In this document: positions 16,164 through 37,182 of the stretch, piece by piece
Numbering within the stretch: the stretch's first letter is position 1
Layout of the letters: every line of letters begins with the position of its first letter
NCBI RefSeq assembly: GCF_009914755.1
Contig: NC_060930.1
Reading direction: 5' to 3' (one strand)
From: the human T2T-CHM13v2.0 reference genome, Homo sapiens
Length of the DNA stretch: 64,000 bases
Notes under the pieces: generated by a model
Database searches by the model: none
What the model was told of the DNA's origin: nothing
The model's input: only the letters and a program-made list of their open reading frames with translations
Translations under genes and position numbers: made by a program

Positions 16164-16649
16164 CCGACTTTCTCTTCTTTTCCATCTCACTCTGCAGTGG
16201 GCAGTGTGGAGGGTGGAGGGAGCTGGGTGGTTTGTCCAGGTCACAGCTGCAGTTCTGTCTGTATGTGATTCTCCATATTCCTTGTTGACCTCTTTCATCC
16301 TTATCTGTGGCAGAGGCCCTGAAAGGCATTAACTGGCAGAAAAGATTCCTTGTCTAAAGCTCTGCTGCTTCTCATCCTTTCCTGCCATCCTAACGCTCCA
16401 TCTGGAAACAGTGCTGTGACCTACCCAAGCACACTCCTGATTCATCCCCAGTGCCTAAGAGCTGTATTGCTCTATGGAAATACACACTGGGTAGTACATT
16501 TCCCTCCATGTACATTGGGGGCTGAATGTTAAACATTAACTGCCTGGTTAAAGGAGCTGAAGCACCTAATTCAAACTTCAGTGAGGGCTGATAACAGATA
16601 TTCAGTTCCATAGACAGCTGAGATACAAATCTAGGCCTTCCCCAGGGCA

Positions 16650-19290
<2,641 letters not shown>

Positions 19291-19427
19291 TGGGAGACAA
19301 TATAAATAAATACAATCCAGAGACATTGTCCTGTGGGTAAATACTAAATAGAATCATTAGGCTGGTCTCTGGATTTGTCTATTCAATGCTTTCATGTTGG
19401 TTTTCTTTATCTTCCAGCTCCGGAAAA

Positions 19428-19552
19428 GGCCTGTAGTTCCAGCTACTGGGGAGGCTGATGGAAGGATTGCATGAGCCTGGGAGGTCAAAGCTGCAGTGAG
19501 CTGTGATCGCACCACTGCACTCCAGCCTGGGTGACAGAGTGAGACCCAGTCT

Positions 19553-19588
<36 letters not shown>

Positions 19589-19606
19589 CAAGCAAGAAAG
19601 AAAAAA
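19428..19606 (+). mobile_element. Alu right-arm fragment with long A tail
   Basis: GCCTGTAGTTCCAGCTACT...GAGACCCAGTCTC then A-run and AAGC repeats. Confidence 0.85.
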
Positions 19607-19700
19607 GTGCTCGTTTCAGCAGCACATATACTAAAAATTGGAATGATACGGAGAAGACTACCATGGCCTCTGAGCAAGAATGACACAAAAATCCTGCAAA
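19607..19700 (+). pseudogene. U6 snRNA retropseudogene (3'-truncated)
   Basis: GTGCTCGTTTCAGCAGCACATATACTAAAAATTGGAATGATACGGAGAAGACTACCATGGCC aligns to U6; ACAGAGA box mutated; upstream is an Alu tail, not a U6 promoter. Confidence 0.92.
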
Positions 19701-20614
19701 ATAAAAAGCCTGAGCAAAGTGACTTGCCCAGGATGCCACAGTTCACAGTGGTAGAACCACAACTGGAAACCAGGACTTTGACTCCCAGGCAGCTGCCCCT
19801 TCCACGAGTTCCATGTCCCATGTGCATGCTATGTTTGTACTGGGGTCAATGGCAACCGTCTTATTTGGATATTCTTATTTTCCTCTATGCCCTGAGAAAC
19901 CTGGTTTGTAGACAGAAAAGGCTGATTTTTTGCTTCTAAAAGCTTAAGTTGACATTTTGTGTTGTTTTGTTTTGTTCTCCTGGCCCAGCCTAACAAGCAT
20001 TCACATAGTAGACAACACATGCTTGCTGGACCTTACTTCCTGTCTGGTGACCCAGCTCCCTAGAGACTTGAATCTCAAATAAATGTTTCTGTCAGGAGGC
20101 TGAGCTCCCAGCTGTGCAAATTGGTCACAGATGTAATTGCATTTGCCCTCTGCCCTGGAAGAAAACATGCCTGTGGTTGGGGGTTTAGATGTCTCAGAAT
20201 GAAAGACATTACTCCTGACTCTGGGTAATAGCCGTGACGCTCAAAATAAGCTGCCACAGAGACACGCCATAGTGTTGCCAGATGTACAGGGCTGTTGCTA
20301 CCCAGAATCTGGATCTGCACAGCCAGTTACCAAACTGTGGCCATGTCATTGGCCAATCAGGCATAGTCAAGAACCTAGCTTTTCCACTGGCTCCTCATAC
20401 TTTCAAACATAACTCCATCCCCTCTTCTCCTCTCCCTAATGCCCACAAGATCTCTGCAAAGAGCTCTAATTCCAAGTTCCCTGAATGGCAGACAATGGCA
20501 GCCCTAGGACATCTACACTGCACAGGCTGCAATTGCTAGAATCTAATTAAAATAAACATTGTAACAAGCTGCTGAGCCCCGCCCAGTGCCTCAGGAGTGC
20601 AGTGATGTGACACA

Positions 20615-20844
20615 TCTCACTGCAGCCTCCACCTCCCACCCTCCAGCAATCCTCCTGCTTTGGCCTCCCAAAGAGTGGAAACTACAAGTGTGTGCCACTA
20701 CACCTGGCTAATTTTTGTACTTTTTGTAGAGATGAAGTCTCGCCATGTTATCGAGGCTGGTCTTGAACTCCTGGGCTCAAGTGGTCCACCCACCTTGGTG
20801 TCCCAAAGTGTTGGAATTACAGGTCTGAGTTACTGAATCTGGCC
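20615..20844 (-). mobile_element. Alu (AluJ-like), partial
   Basis: Reverse-complement Alu lacking its tail. Confidence 0.8.
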
Positions 20845-21313
20845 AGATAGATATTTTAAACCCAGTATTTGTCTGCCTTTCTTCCTCAGTAGAATTTGAA
20901 TGTACCAGGTGGCTGCTAGCTACACACCTGTGTAGGATGAGGCTTATCCTATATGTCTGCCCTATTTGTCTTGTTAAATCATATTATTATTCTGAACGCT
21001 TTCCTTCTAAAGCAGACAACCAAAGCATAGGGTATTAGCTCTTCTTAGTCCTTTTCCAATCCAAACATTTAGACTTCTTTCTGCTCACCCCTGGGCAGTA
21101 TCACCCTCATCAATTTCCTCTTAATTGACTAGAATGAATTGTAACTATCCCCATCAGCAATCACATCTGTTAAGGATTGCAGAGTGCCATTGTTGTACGG
21201 GAAGAGCATTTCATTTGAGCCACCAAAAATTTACTAACGTGTGGACACAGGGACAGATACAGAGGATTGCAAACTCCAGTTTCTGAAAAACTCGATTCCA
21301 AAGCAAGGGAAAA

Positions 21314-21328
21314 GGTGCCCTCTAGTGG
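21314..21328 (-). promoter_or_regulatory. Candidate CTCF site
   Basis: Minus strand CCACTAGAGGGCACC matches the CTCF core CCASYAGRKGGCR, in apparently unique sequence. Confidence 0.55.
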
Positions 21329-21946
21329 TAAACACAGCACACTACACCACAGCATCCTTATTCCAGACCGGAAGCCTGGCTATTTGAATCCTATTTTCTG
21401 TTTCTTCCAGAAACCCTGAGGTCCAGACAGGATGTGACACATGAAGGTTTAAGTGAATTAAAATAGGCTGCTGACATCTAAGGCCAGGAAGAAATAATGA
21501 GTACGGATCCACTTTCACTGAGAGCAACCATCTCTGCTAAGCCACTTCTTCAATTTGGTGGCAAGTAACCAACTATCTGGAATGAGCAAGAAATATTCCC
21601 TTCCGAATTCCTTGAAAAATGTGGGGCTTAATTTAGAATATTCAAGTTCTTTTGACATACGTACTAAGACTATACAGTTTTTATAAGTATTCTAAAAGCC
21701 CGTATAAATTACAGTTGATTGGGAACTTTTAATGTAATAATTGAGTCCTGACATAAGAGACAGTGCAATGCTCAGGAAATAATGCTGGCCTGAAAGCTTG
21801 GAGATATGGACTCCGTGACACAGCCTCTGCCACTAACTAGGTGACTTCGGGCAAGTCCTTCAACATCTCTGACCTCCGTTTTCCCGTTAACAAATGAAAG
21901 AATTGGACTAATAATTTCTAAGCTTTTTCAGCTCTAAAATGATCTA

Positions 21947-22258
<312 letters not shown>

Positions 22259-22391
22259 TTATCTAACTTATAAAAACTCTTTTAGGAGAGTTATATTTTG
22301 AAATAATATCTTTTGGGGATTTGTGTGTATTTCCTTCATTAACCCCAGGGTACCCTCCCTTAGCCCACTACTAAATAAAAACCAAGATTCA

Positions 22392-22664
22392 GGACGGGCG
22401 CAGTGGCTCAATCCCAGCACTTTGAGAGGCTGAGGCTGGTGGGTTGCTTGGGCCAGGAGTTCAAGATTAGCCTGGCCAATATGTCAAACCCCATCTCTAC
22501 TAAAAACACACACAAAAATAGCTGGACGTGGTGACGCACCCCTGTTGGGAGGCTGAGGCACGAGAATCGCTTGAACCCAGGAGGCGGAGGTTGCAGTGAG
22601 CTGAGATCGTGCCACTGGATGCACTCCAGCCTGGGCAACAGAGCGAGACTGTTTAAAAAAAAAA
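22392..22664 (+). mobile_element. Alu
   Basis: Dimer with small deletions. Confidence 0.85.
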
Positions 22665-23514
22665 ATAGTCAAAGAACTAGTCGAACTAAGGGTGAGAAAG
22701 ATGAGAATCAGCCCATGGAACATGCTTTTGCTGTCCATGAATCTAGGAAATACCAGGGCTGGGGAAAGGAGAAAGAGGAGTTAGAGAGGTGAATTACTCA
22801 AATGAGAAAAAGGGCCTGGATAGGTAGAGGTAGGAGGTCTCAGAGAGAAGTGGGAAGGAAGATCCTCAAAAGGACAAGCTTCCATGTGTGTCCACACACC
22901 AGCTCACCGCTCCAGCCCAGCCCTGGGGACAAGTATCTCTCCTGAATAGAGGGGAGGATGTGCACGCCTCCTGGAGGAGTGGGGACATGAAGAAGCATTT
23001 ATTTTAGCTCCTTTCCACTGATTACAGAAGCACTAAAGAGAACAAGTTGGGAGCATCTCCACGACAGGGAGGGCAGGGCACTGCCACTGGTACACACAGA
23101 TCCCGGAACTTTAGTGTGCAGGTGGACTTAATAATACTAATATTAGGAATAGAGATATGTGCACATCTGTTTTTATCAATCAATCAGGTGTTAGCATAAT
23201 TTGCTATTTCCTTTTTAAGATAGGAAGTAGCTTTTGGTTGTTGAAATTGTTTCCTCTCTTGATTAAATTAATTATCCCTAAGAACTGAAGGCTTCAGTGA
23301 TCTCTGAGAATTCTTCCAAATGTGAAATATAGTTATTCTAAGACATTTCAAAGCTCAGGTTATTGTATGTTGGGTCTAATGTTAGGCTTCACTGTACCAG
23401 AATTCTATTATGTGAAACATTACTTTAAATGAGTAACTCGCCACCTAAAACATGGAATTCCTTCTTTGATATGGCAGCACTGTGTGTAGTCAGGGTTTTG
23501 CATTACATCTCTCA

Positions 23515-23985
23515 GGCCACCCGTGCTGGCTCATGCCTGTAATCCCAGCACTTTGGGAGGTGCTGAAGTGGGAGGATTGCTTGAGCCCAGGAGTTCAAGA
23601 CCAGCCTGGGCTGCTACATGGCAAAACCTTGTCTCTACAAAAAGTACAAAAAATTGCCAGGCAGTATGCCTGTAGTCCCAGCTACTAGGGAGGCTGAGGC
23701 AGGAGGATCGTTTCAGTCTGGAAGTTTGAGGTTGCAGTGAGCTGTAATTGTGCACTGCACTCCAGCCTGGGCAATGGAGTGAGATCCTTTCCCTCCAACC
23801 CCCCAAAAATTAACAAATTACCTGGGCATGGTGGCATGCACCTGTAGTTCCAGGTACTCAAGAGGCTAACTTGGGAGGATCCCTTAAGCCCAGGAGTCCA
23901 AGGCTGCAGCGAGCTGTGATTGCACTACTGCACTCCAGCCTGGACCACAGAGCAAGACCTTGTCTCAAAAAAAAAAAAAAAAAAA
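23515..23985 (+). mobile_element. AluJ-like dimer followed by an extra right monomer
   Basis: Two consecutive right arms ending in poly(A). Confidence 0.8.
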
Positions 23986-24937
23986 ATCTCTGTATGAAAC
24001 TATCCACCAGAGGCAGGACAGATGCCAGAATGTGTTTTAACATTAACATAAATGTATTAAACAAATACATTCAATCAAATATAGTACTAGATGCTACAAA
24101 AAAAGTAAAAGCAGTCTTAAATTTGATTATAGATAGAGGAAGCAATGTGCAACAAAGAAAGAGTTGTTTTATTACTAAAGGGAAAGCGAGTAAATAAGCT
24201 TATTTGTAAGTGTTCAAGTTTCTCAAGGAAGACTTCTTAAAACACAAGAATTTCATTTTATGGCATTGTGCTTGTTTTTAAGGTGGGGTTGAAAGAAGGC
24301 AGAGAAATCAATAAAACTCTCTGGCTGGATAACAGAAGCCATTTCCAGGGCAACAAGGGAGGGAGACATGCCGTGGATTTAAAGGACACAGCATTTGACT
24401 AATGCAACAAAAGAGGTGAGAAAACACAGAGGTAGAGACAAGACCCTGGGTCACACCGAGAAATGGGAAAAGTGGGGTGTAAGTCTTGGAGTTTCTCTAT
24501 TTCATGCTGCAAATTGCCTTCTCTACCCGTGGGTTCCCCAGTCCCTGCCCCAGCTCACAGAACCTTCATGCTTGCTTTCTCTCTTCTGTGTCCGACAAAA
24601 TTTCAGCTCAGGTAAAGATCAGAGACACACTAAATAAATATCCTTACTTTTCACAGAGGTTTTGGCATTTTAACATAAGGAAAAGGCTTATACTAGAGCT
24701 TCCCCAAGGATGGCAAACGCTGCTTCTTCCAGGGGTCTCGGTGGAAGAAGCCCAAGATGGGGACCGTGGAATCTGAATGAAGTCCGTGTTTTATCTTTAA
24801 CACATATGCGCATTTTCACAATACTCGTTCATACATCTGAGTTTATTTTCATATAAAATAATAATGATATATTATTATATTACAGCTTCCATTTATTAAA
24901 TGCTATGTGCTGGGCATAGTCATAAAGACTATGACAT

Positions 24938-26000
<1,063 letters not shown>

Positions 26001-26077
26001 AAATCTGTCCTCTCATGGGCTCAGGTATTAAATTTTAATACTGCAGGCTTCACAATGGGGTGTATGCACCCCTGGGT

Positions 26078-26380
26078 GGCTGGGCGCAGTGGCTCACGCC
26101 TGTAATCCCAGCACTTTGGGAGGCCAAGGCAGGCAGATCACCTGAGGTCAGGAGTTTGAGGCCAGCCTGGACAACATGGAGAAACCTCTGTCTCTACTAA
26201 AAATACAAAAAAAATAGCCAGGCATGGTGTTGTGCGCCTGTAATCCCAGATACTCTGGAGGCTGAGGCACGAGATTTGCTTGAACCCAGCGGCAGAGGTT
26301 GGCAGTGAGCTGAGATCACGCCACTGCATTCCAGCCTGGGTGACAGCAAGACTCCATCTCAATAAATAAATAAATAATAA
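26078..26380 (+). mobile_element. Alu
   Basis: Full dimer. Confidence 0.9.
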
Positions 26381-26829
26381 AAGGGAATCCATTTCCATCA
26401 ATATGTTCAACTTGCATCCACTCTCTTTTTTGAAACTGACCTGAGAATACCAGTGATGGAAAGTCAATTTTTTTTTCATCCATGCCCTCTTATCAGTGCA
26501 CAGATAAGGTTCTCAGCTTCCCAAAAGAAAGGTATCCCTCGTGCCCAACCTATCTTCATGGTGTTGCATTGCTCTGGCATATAGAATCTCTGGATGCTCT
26601 TTGAAATATTCATGTGAGTATCGGGAAAAGAGATGCATTTTACCATTGGGTACAAATCATTTAGCAACTTGGATTTCTAAATTTTTGCTTTCAATGAAAA
26701 AGAAGGACATGACCAAGGTGTTAGCTGGTAGATCGTTGTAAGTTAATGCTTGTTATAGACAGATCGCCATTAGACTTTTAACATATAATTCAGAAAGAGT
26801 TCAAAGAATTAAGGAATATTTCTCTGGGG

Positions 26830-27124
26830 TTTGTTTGTTTGTTTAGAGACACGGTCTCACTTTGTTGACCAGGCTAGAGCGTAGTGGCACAATCATAGTT
26901 CACTGCAGCCTTGGACTTTTGGATTCAAGGGATAGATCCTTCAGCCTCAGCCTCCTGGGTAGCTGGGGCTACAATTACACACAACCACACCTGGCTAATT
27001 TTTAAAATTTTTTGTAGATATGGGTTCTTGTTATGTTGCCCAAGCAAACTCCTGGGCTCCAGCGATCTTCCAGCACTTGGTCTTCCAAAGTTCTGGGATT
27101 ACTCATGAGCCATCATGCCTGGCC
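26830..27124 (-). mobile_element. Alu (AluJ-like)
   Basis: Reverse-complement dimer. Confidence 0.8.
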
Positions 27125-27247
27125 CTTGAGTGACATTTCTCTTTGTGACCGAAGTTTCTCATAACTTCTATCTATAAAGACAAACACAATAATAGGAATA
27201 AAATCACTTCTGAACTCTCTCATCCTAGCAATAAATAATACTCATTC

Positions 27248-27540
27248 AGGCGGGGTGCAGTGGCTCACACCTGTAATCCCAGAACTTTGGGAGGCTGAGG
27301 CAGGCAGATCACTTGAGCCCAGGAGTTTGAAACAAGCCTGGGCAACATGGCGAAACACCATCTCTACGAAAAATATACAAAAATTACCCAGGCATGGTGG
27401 CGAGCGCCTGTAGTCCCAGCTACTCAAGGGGCTGAGGTGGGAGGATGACTTGAGCCGGGGGCTCAGTTAAGGCTGCAGTGCACTGTGATTGTGTCACTGC
27501 ACTCCATCCAGAACAGCAGAGTGAGGCCCTGCCTCAAAAA
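27248..27540 (+). mobile_element. Alu (AluJ-like)
   Basis: Full dimer. Confidence 0.85.
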
Positions 27541-28116
27541 GTATAAACATTCATTCATGAATACATGAATTAGAAGGGAAGTGGGAGGGAAGCCCCATTT
27601 ATCTATGCAGGGCGTCACCTGAATTCCAGTTCTTCCCTTTTGACCATATGGAAGGTTTGCACTTCCCCAACTGTGTTTGAAGTTAGATTTGGCCCTGGGA
27701 CTGGCATGGGCTAATGAGGTATACATGGAGGTGACATGTATCATTTCCAGGCAGCCACATTCCATTTCTCCTGCCTCAGTGATCATGGGTGCAGACATTG
27801 AGAGGAAGCCTGCAGAAGCCTGGGTCCCAGAGTAACCCTGATGAGCAAAGCATCTTGTTGGGTGGACCAATAGTGTGAGCAAGAAATGCGCTTGTTCTGC
27901 ATCAAGCACCCGAGTATAATCCAGCCCAAGATGCACCCAATAAAAGGTGCCTCTTAAAGAAATTTTACTTCTGATGTTTAATAATTATGTATATCCGTAA
28001 TTTACTTAAGTCGTTTTGATCAGTTGTCTCTAATAAAAGTTGTAACTATTAGCAACCCCCAAAAAAAGTTTTTAACAATTAAATCATTATAGTCACAGGA
28101 AATAATGAAACATTAA

Positions 28117-29258
<1,142 letters not shown>

Positions 29259-29380
29259 GGATGTGAAAATAGAAGGTCAAGGACAAAAATGAACAATACA
29301 ACATTTCAACTCTAAAAGTAGAATTTTTTCACGTGTTTTTTAAGCAAATGGGGGTGGACCCCAAGGAGTCATGGTATTAG

Positions 29381-29734
<354 letters not shown>

Positions 29735-29881
29735 TGAAATTACATCTTTTAAAATTGACAAACTTATGATTAAAAATTTTTGATGTCGATTAAAAGTATG
29801 TAGAAGAATAAATAGTTTTATAAAATTTTGAAGGAATACTTGAACCAAAAATTTGAAGATGACAGTCTCATCTACCTAAGG

Positions 29882-30095
29882 CAGGGTTCCTCAGCCTTGG
29901 CACCACTGACGATTGGGTTATGTAATTCTTTGTTGTGGGGCGGTGCTGTGCACTGTGAACTGTTCAGCAGCATCCGTGGCTTCTATCAACCAGAAGCCAC
30001 TATCGCCCCCCATCCCGTCCAGTCGTGACAACCGCAAATGTCTCTAGACATTACTAAATGTTCCCTGGAGGAGCAATAAACAGTTGAAAAACACA
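29882..30095 (-). mobile_element. MER20-like hAT MITE
   Basis: CAGGGTTCCTCAGCCTTGGCAC start; AAATGTCTCTAGACATTACTAAATG motif. Confidence 0.7.
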
Positions 30096-30295
30096 GACCT
30101 GTGAGTAAAAATCTATGCCAAAAATGCTTTTCTTGTCTACTGGCCACGACTGTCTTCAAAGTCATAAATTGTCCAGAAAACACTGACAGTGACTCTGAAA
30201 TACCCTCAACCCTATTGTCTATTTTCCTCCAAGCTTAACAGAAGTGGCCAGGAAAGGATGACTTATACCAAAACCAACTGGTATAAGTCAGCTGA

Positions 30296-30811
<516 letters not shown>

Positions 30812-30849
30812 TGAGGAACCTCCATCCCGTTTTCTACAGCAGCTACACT

Positions 30850-31200
30850 TTTCAGATTGTCTTTTCAGGCTTTCACACTTCTGAGGACCTAATGACTCCT
30901 CCCAGGGGGGCCTCCAACTCGACTCAGCTGTCCTGTGGCCCCCACCTAAAAGCGGGCTCAGCGCACAAGGACCGTTTTCCACACCTCTGTGACTGCATCC
31001 CCACCCAATCACCAGCACCCATTCCCCTGCCTGCCAAACTATTCTTGGAAAACCCTAGACTCTGAAATTTCAGGGAGACTGATTTCAGTAATAAAACTCG
31101 TCTCCCAGTCAGCCAGCTCTGCGTGAATTAAACTTTTTCTCTGGCAGTTCCCGTCTTGATAAATCTGCTCCATCTGGGCAGCAGGCAAGGAAAAACTCCT
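30850..31200 (+). mobile_element. LTR8-like LTR, 3' half
   Basis: GGGAGACTGATTTCAGTAATAAAACTC...CTGGGCAGCAGGCAAG is the reverse complement of motifs in the LTR at 28561. Confidence 0.7.
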
Positions 31201-31226
31201 ACCCTTCCCAGACTCTAGTATCCATT

Positions 31227-33682
31227 TGAGAGGTGACAGCTTGCTGGCAGCCCTCACGCGCTCTCGGCGCCTTCTCTGGCTGGGCTCCCACTTTGGCGGC
31301 ACTTGAGCCCTTCAGCCCCCCGCTGCACTAAGGGACCCCCTTCCTGGGCTGGCCAAGGCCGGAGTCGGCTTCCTCAGCTTGCGGGAAAGTGTGGCGGGAA
31401 AGGCGCGGGCGGAAACCGGGGCTGCGCGGGGTGCTTGCCGGCCAGCGCGAGTTCCGGTTCGGTGTGGGCTCGGCAGGCCCCTCACTCGGAACGGCCTGTC
31501 GGCCCTGGCGGCCCCGGGCAGAGGGGCTTAGCACCCGGGCCAGCGGCTGCGGAAGGTGTGCTGGGTCCCCCAGCAGCGCCGGCCCACTGGCGCTGCGCTC
31601 AATCGATTTCTCGCCAGGCCTTAGCTGCCTCCCCGCGGGGCAGGGCTCAGGACCTGCAGCCCACCATGCCTAGCCTCCCCACCCCACTATGTGGGCTCAG
31701 GTGTGGCCCGAGCCTCCCCCGACAAGCACAGCCCCCTGCCCCACGGTGCTGAGTCCCATTGACCACCCAAATGACTGAGGAGTGCGGGGACACAGTGAGT
31801 GACTAGCAGGCAGCTTCCACCTGCAGCCCCAGTGCAGGACCCACTGGGCGAAGTCAACTGGGCCTCTGACCCTGGTGGGGAATTAGCGAACCTTTACGTC
31901 TAGCTAGGGGATTGTAACTACACCAATTAGCATTCCGTTATCTAGCCCAAGATTTGTAAACACACCAATCAGCACCCTGTGTCTAGCTAAGGACTTGTGA
32001 ATGCAACAATCCACACTGTATCTAGCTATTCTAGTGGGGACGTGCAGAACTGTGTCCGAAACTGGTGGCCTCTATGGCTTATAAGAATGAAGCTGCAGAC
32101 ACTCGCCCTGTGTGTTTCAGCTGTTACAATATCCCGTCCAGAGTTTCTTTCAGTGGGTTTCTGATCTCGCAAGCTCAGAACTGAATCTGGAGACCTTCGC
32201 GGTGTTACAGATCTTAAGACAGCACGTACTGGAGGTGTTCCTTCCTCCTGTGGGCTTACTGGTCTTACCGGCTTCAAGAGTGAAGTCGCAGACCCTTACT
32301 AGTGAATATTACAGATCCATATAAAACAAAGTTGAACCTAAGAAACCAAAGAAAAACTTTCACAGCCACCTTGCGCAGCCTGCTTTTATTCTCTTATCTG
32401 GCCCCACCCACATCCTGCTGATTGGTAGAGCCCAGTGGTCTGTTTTGATAGGGCACTGATTGGTGCGTTTACAATCCCTGAGCTAGACACAAAGGTTCTC
32501 CACGTCCCCACTAGATTAGCTATAGTGTCCAAACGTTCTCCAAGGCCCCACCAGAGTAGCTAGAGTGTCGATTGGTGCATTCACAAACCCTGAGCTAGAC
32601 ACAGGGCGCTGATTGGTGTGTTTACAAACCTTGAGCTAGATAGAGTGCCGACTGGTGTATTTACAATCCCTGAGCTAGACATAAAAAGGTTCTCCATGTC
32701 CCTACCAGACTCAGGAGCCCAGCTAGCTTCACCCAGTGGATCGCACACCGGGGTTGCTGGTGGAGCTGCCTGCCAGTCCCGCACCGTGTGCCTGCACACC
32801 GGGGCTGTAAATGGAGCTGCCTGCCAGTCCTGCATCATGTGCTAAGTCCCTCATTGCCTGGGGCTAGCCGGGCCAGCCAAGCCCACGCCCACCCGGAACT
32901 GCAGCTGGCCCACAAGCGCCGCGCGCAGCCCGGGTTCTCGCTCGCACCTCTCTCTCCATACCTCCCTGCAAACTTAAGGGAGCCAGCTCCAGCCTTGGCC
33001 AGCTCAGAAAAGGGCTCCCACAGTGCCGCGGTGGGCTGAAGAGCTCCTCAGGTGCAACCAAAGTGGGAGCCCAGCCAGAGGAGGCGCCCAGAGCGAGTGA
33101 GGGCTATGACGACTGCCGGCACGCTGTCACCTCTCAGAACCTTTATGTCTAGCTCAGGGATTGTAAACGCACCAATTAGCACCCTGTCAAAACAGACCAC
33201 TTGGCTCTCTGAAAAATGGACCAATCAGCAGGATGTGGGTGGGGCCAGATAGAATAAAAGCAGGCTGCCCGAACTAACAGCGGCAATCTGGTTGGATTGT
33301 ATTCGATAATGTGGAGGCTTTAGTTGTTTTCTTGTTTGCAACAAATTTGGTTGCTGTTCTCTGGGTTTATACTGTGTTTATAAGCTGTAATGCTCTTTGG
33401 TGAAGATTTGCAATTTCTCTGAGAGCAGTGTAGATCACGAACCCGCTGAGAGGAGCGAACAATTCCAGAGGCACTATTTTAAGAGGTGTGTCACTCACTG
33501 TGAAAGTCTGCACCTTTATTTCTGGGCCAACGAGATGACAAGCTCACCGGAAGGAAAACTGAACACATCCAAATAAAACAAACTCCAGACACGCCACTTT
33601 TAGAACTGTAACACTCATTGCGAGGGTCCACAGCTTCCTTCTTGAAGTTAGTGAGACTAAGAACCCACCATTTCTAGACACA
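31227..33682 (+). mobile_element. ERV9/LTR12 solo LTR (host), split by a nested LTR12
   Basis: Begins TGAGAGGTGACAGC, ends CTAGACACA; CCAAT repeats and AATAAAAGCAGGCTG promoter element at ~33253; flanks CATT/CTTT. Confidence 0.92.
32051..33136 (-). mobile_element. Nested inverted ERV9/LTR12 solo LTR (internally deleted)
   Basis: Termini TGTGTCCGAA / CTGTCACCTCTCA; TSD GAAC at 32047-32050 and 33137-33140. Confidence 0.92.
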
Positions 33683-34198
33683 CTTTATTTTTATTTCTAT
33701 GCTAACTACTTGATTAAAGGCAGCTTACTAAGGAAATAAGGCAAAGGATCAGTGGGTCGAGGAGAGAAAAAGTAGCAACCTCCTCCTTTGCATATTCTGC
33801 AGGTAAACCAGCATGAACTGAGTAGTGAGGTCTTCATTCAGTAACACAGGACCAGGGAACATAGGCTCATAAAGTGTTTGCAAAAGCCAGATGCTATGTG
33901 GCTGTTTAGCTGTCCAAGTTAGGGGCTATTTTTCTTGCAGCCTTATTTAACAACCACAGCCCAGCAGGGGCAAGAAGGACAACACAGAAAAGAAACTAAA
34001 CCCTTGGTTTTGAAAGTCTGGAGAAACGAATAATTCAGGTACTCAGAGAGATACGCAAAGAGCCAGGAGACCAGATTTGATCTGGGTTTGTGCCTTCCGG
34101 TACTGGGGGGAAAATCTGCTTGCGGAGTTCGGAATACTCATTTGGTTTCTACTGTGCCCTGCTTTTCAAAGAGGCACCCTCTTTAAAAATTATAATAA

Positions 34199-34629
<431 letters not shown>

Positions 34630-34720
34630 TTAAGTTGTCCTACTGGTGTCCCAGGTCACCTTGTCAATAAAGGCAAGAATGCAGCCCTAGTATGTAACTG
34701 ATAGCAGACATTAGGAACTA

Positions 34721-35044
<324 letters not shown>

Positions 35045-35111
35045 CTACTTTAACATTCTGGGTAAAAGCATGGGCACGAGCCCACAGTGGGCTCTCAGTA
35101 AATCCTGATAA

Positions 35112-35588
<477 letters not shown>

Positions 35589-36043
35589 TAATTTATCTGC
35601 CTCAATTTCCACATTTGTAATCTGAGTACAGTAATAGTATTTAATGCACAAATTTGTTTGAGGATTGAGATCATGTGTTCCAAGCACTTAATAGGGTGCC
35701 TAGAATATAATACAGTAATTGTTCAACAAATGCTAACTAATACTATTATATATCTGTATAGCTGTCATTGACTTTTGCATTCAATAATATGATGATCTGC
35801 ACGTGTACAACAGCTGTTCATGTTTGAAGAACTTTATAAATAATAATTCTTCTAAAGAAAACCCTATGTGCTGATTTGCTTTGATTTGTTCAAATAGGGT
35901 AAATAAAACAGGCAACAGACCCAATATTGGTCAAAGAGCTTCCTGAAGTCTTCCTTAAGTCACGTGAGATGCACATTCAGTTCAAGTGGAACAAAGCAAT
36001 GCTTTACCTTCTTGTTTCAGCTCTCATACTGTAAATAAGTGTC

Positions 36044-37182
<1,139 letters not shown>

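Noticed and set aside
19607-19700. Functional U6 gene
   Set aside because: Mutated ACAGAGA box, 3' truncation and no upstream PSE/TATA
26390-26820. Possible processed pseudogene or Charlie transposase remnant
   Set aside because: No protein similarity I can recognise; needs Dfam or tblastx
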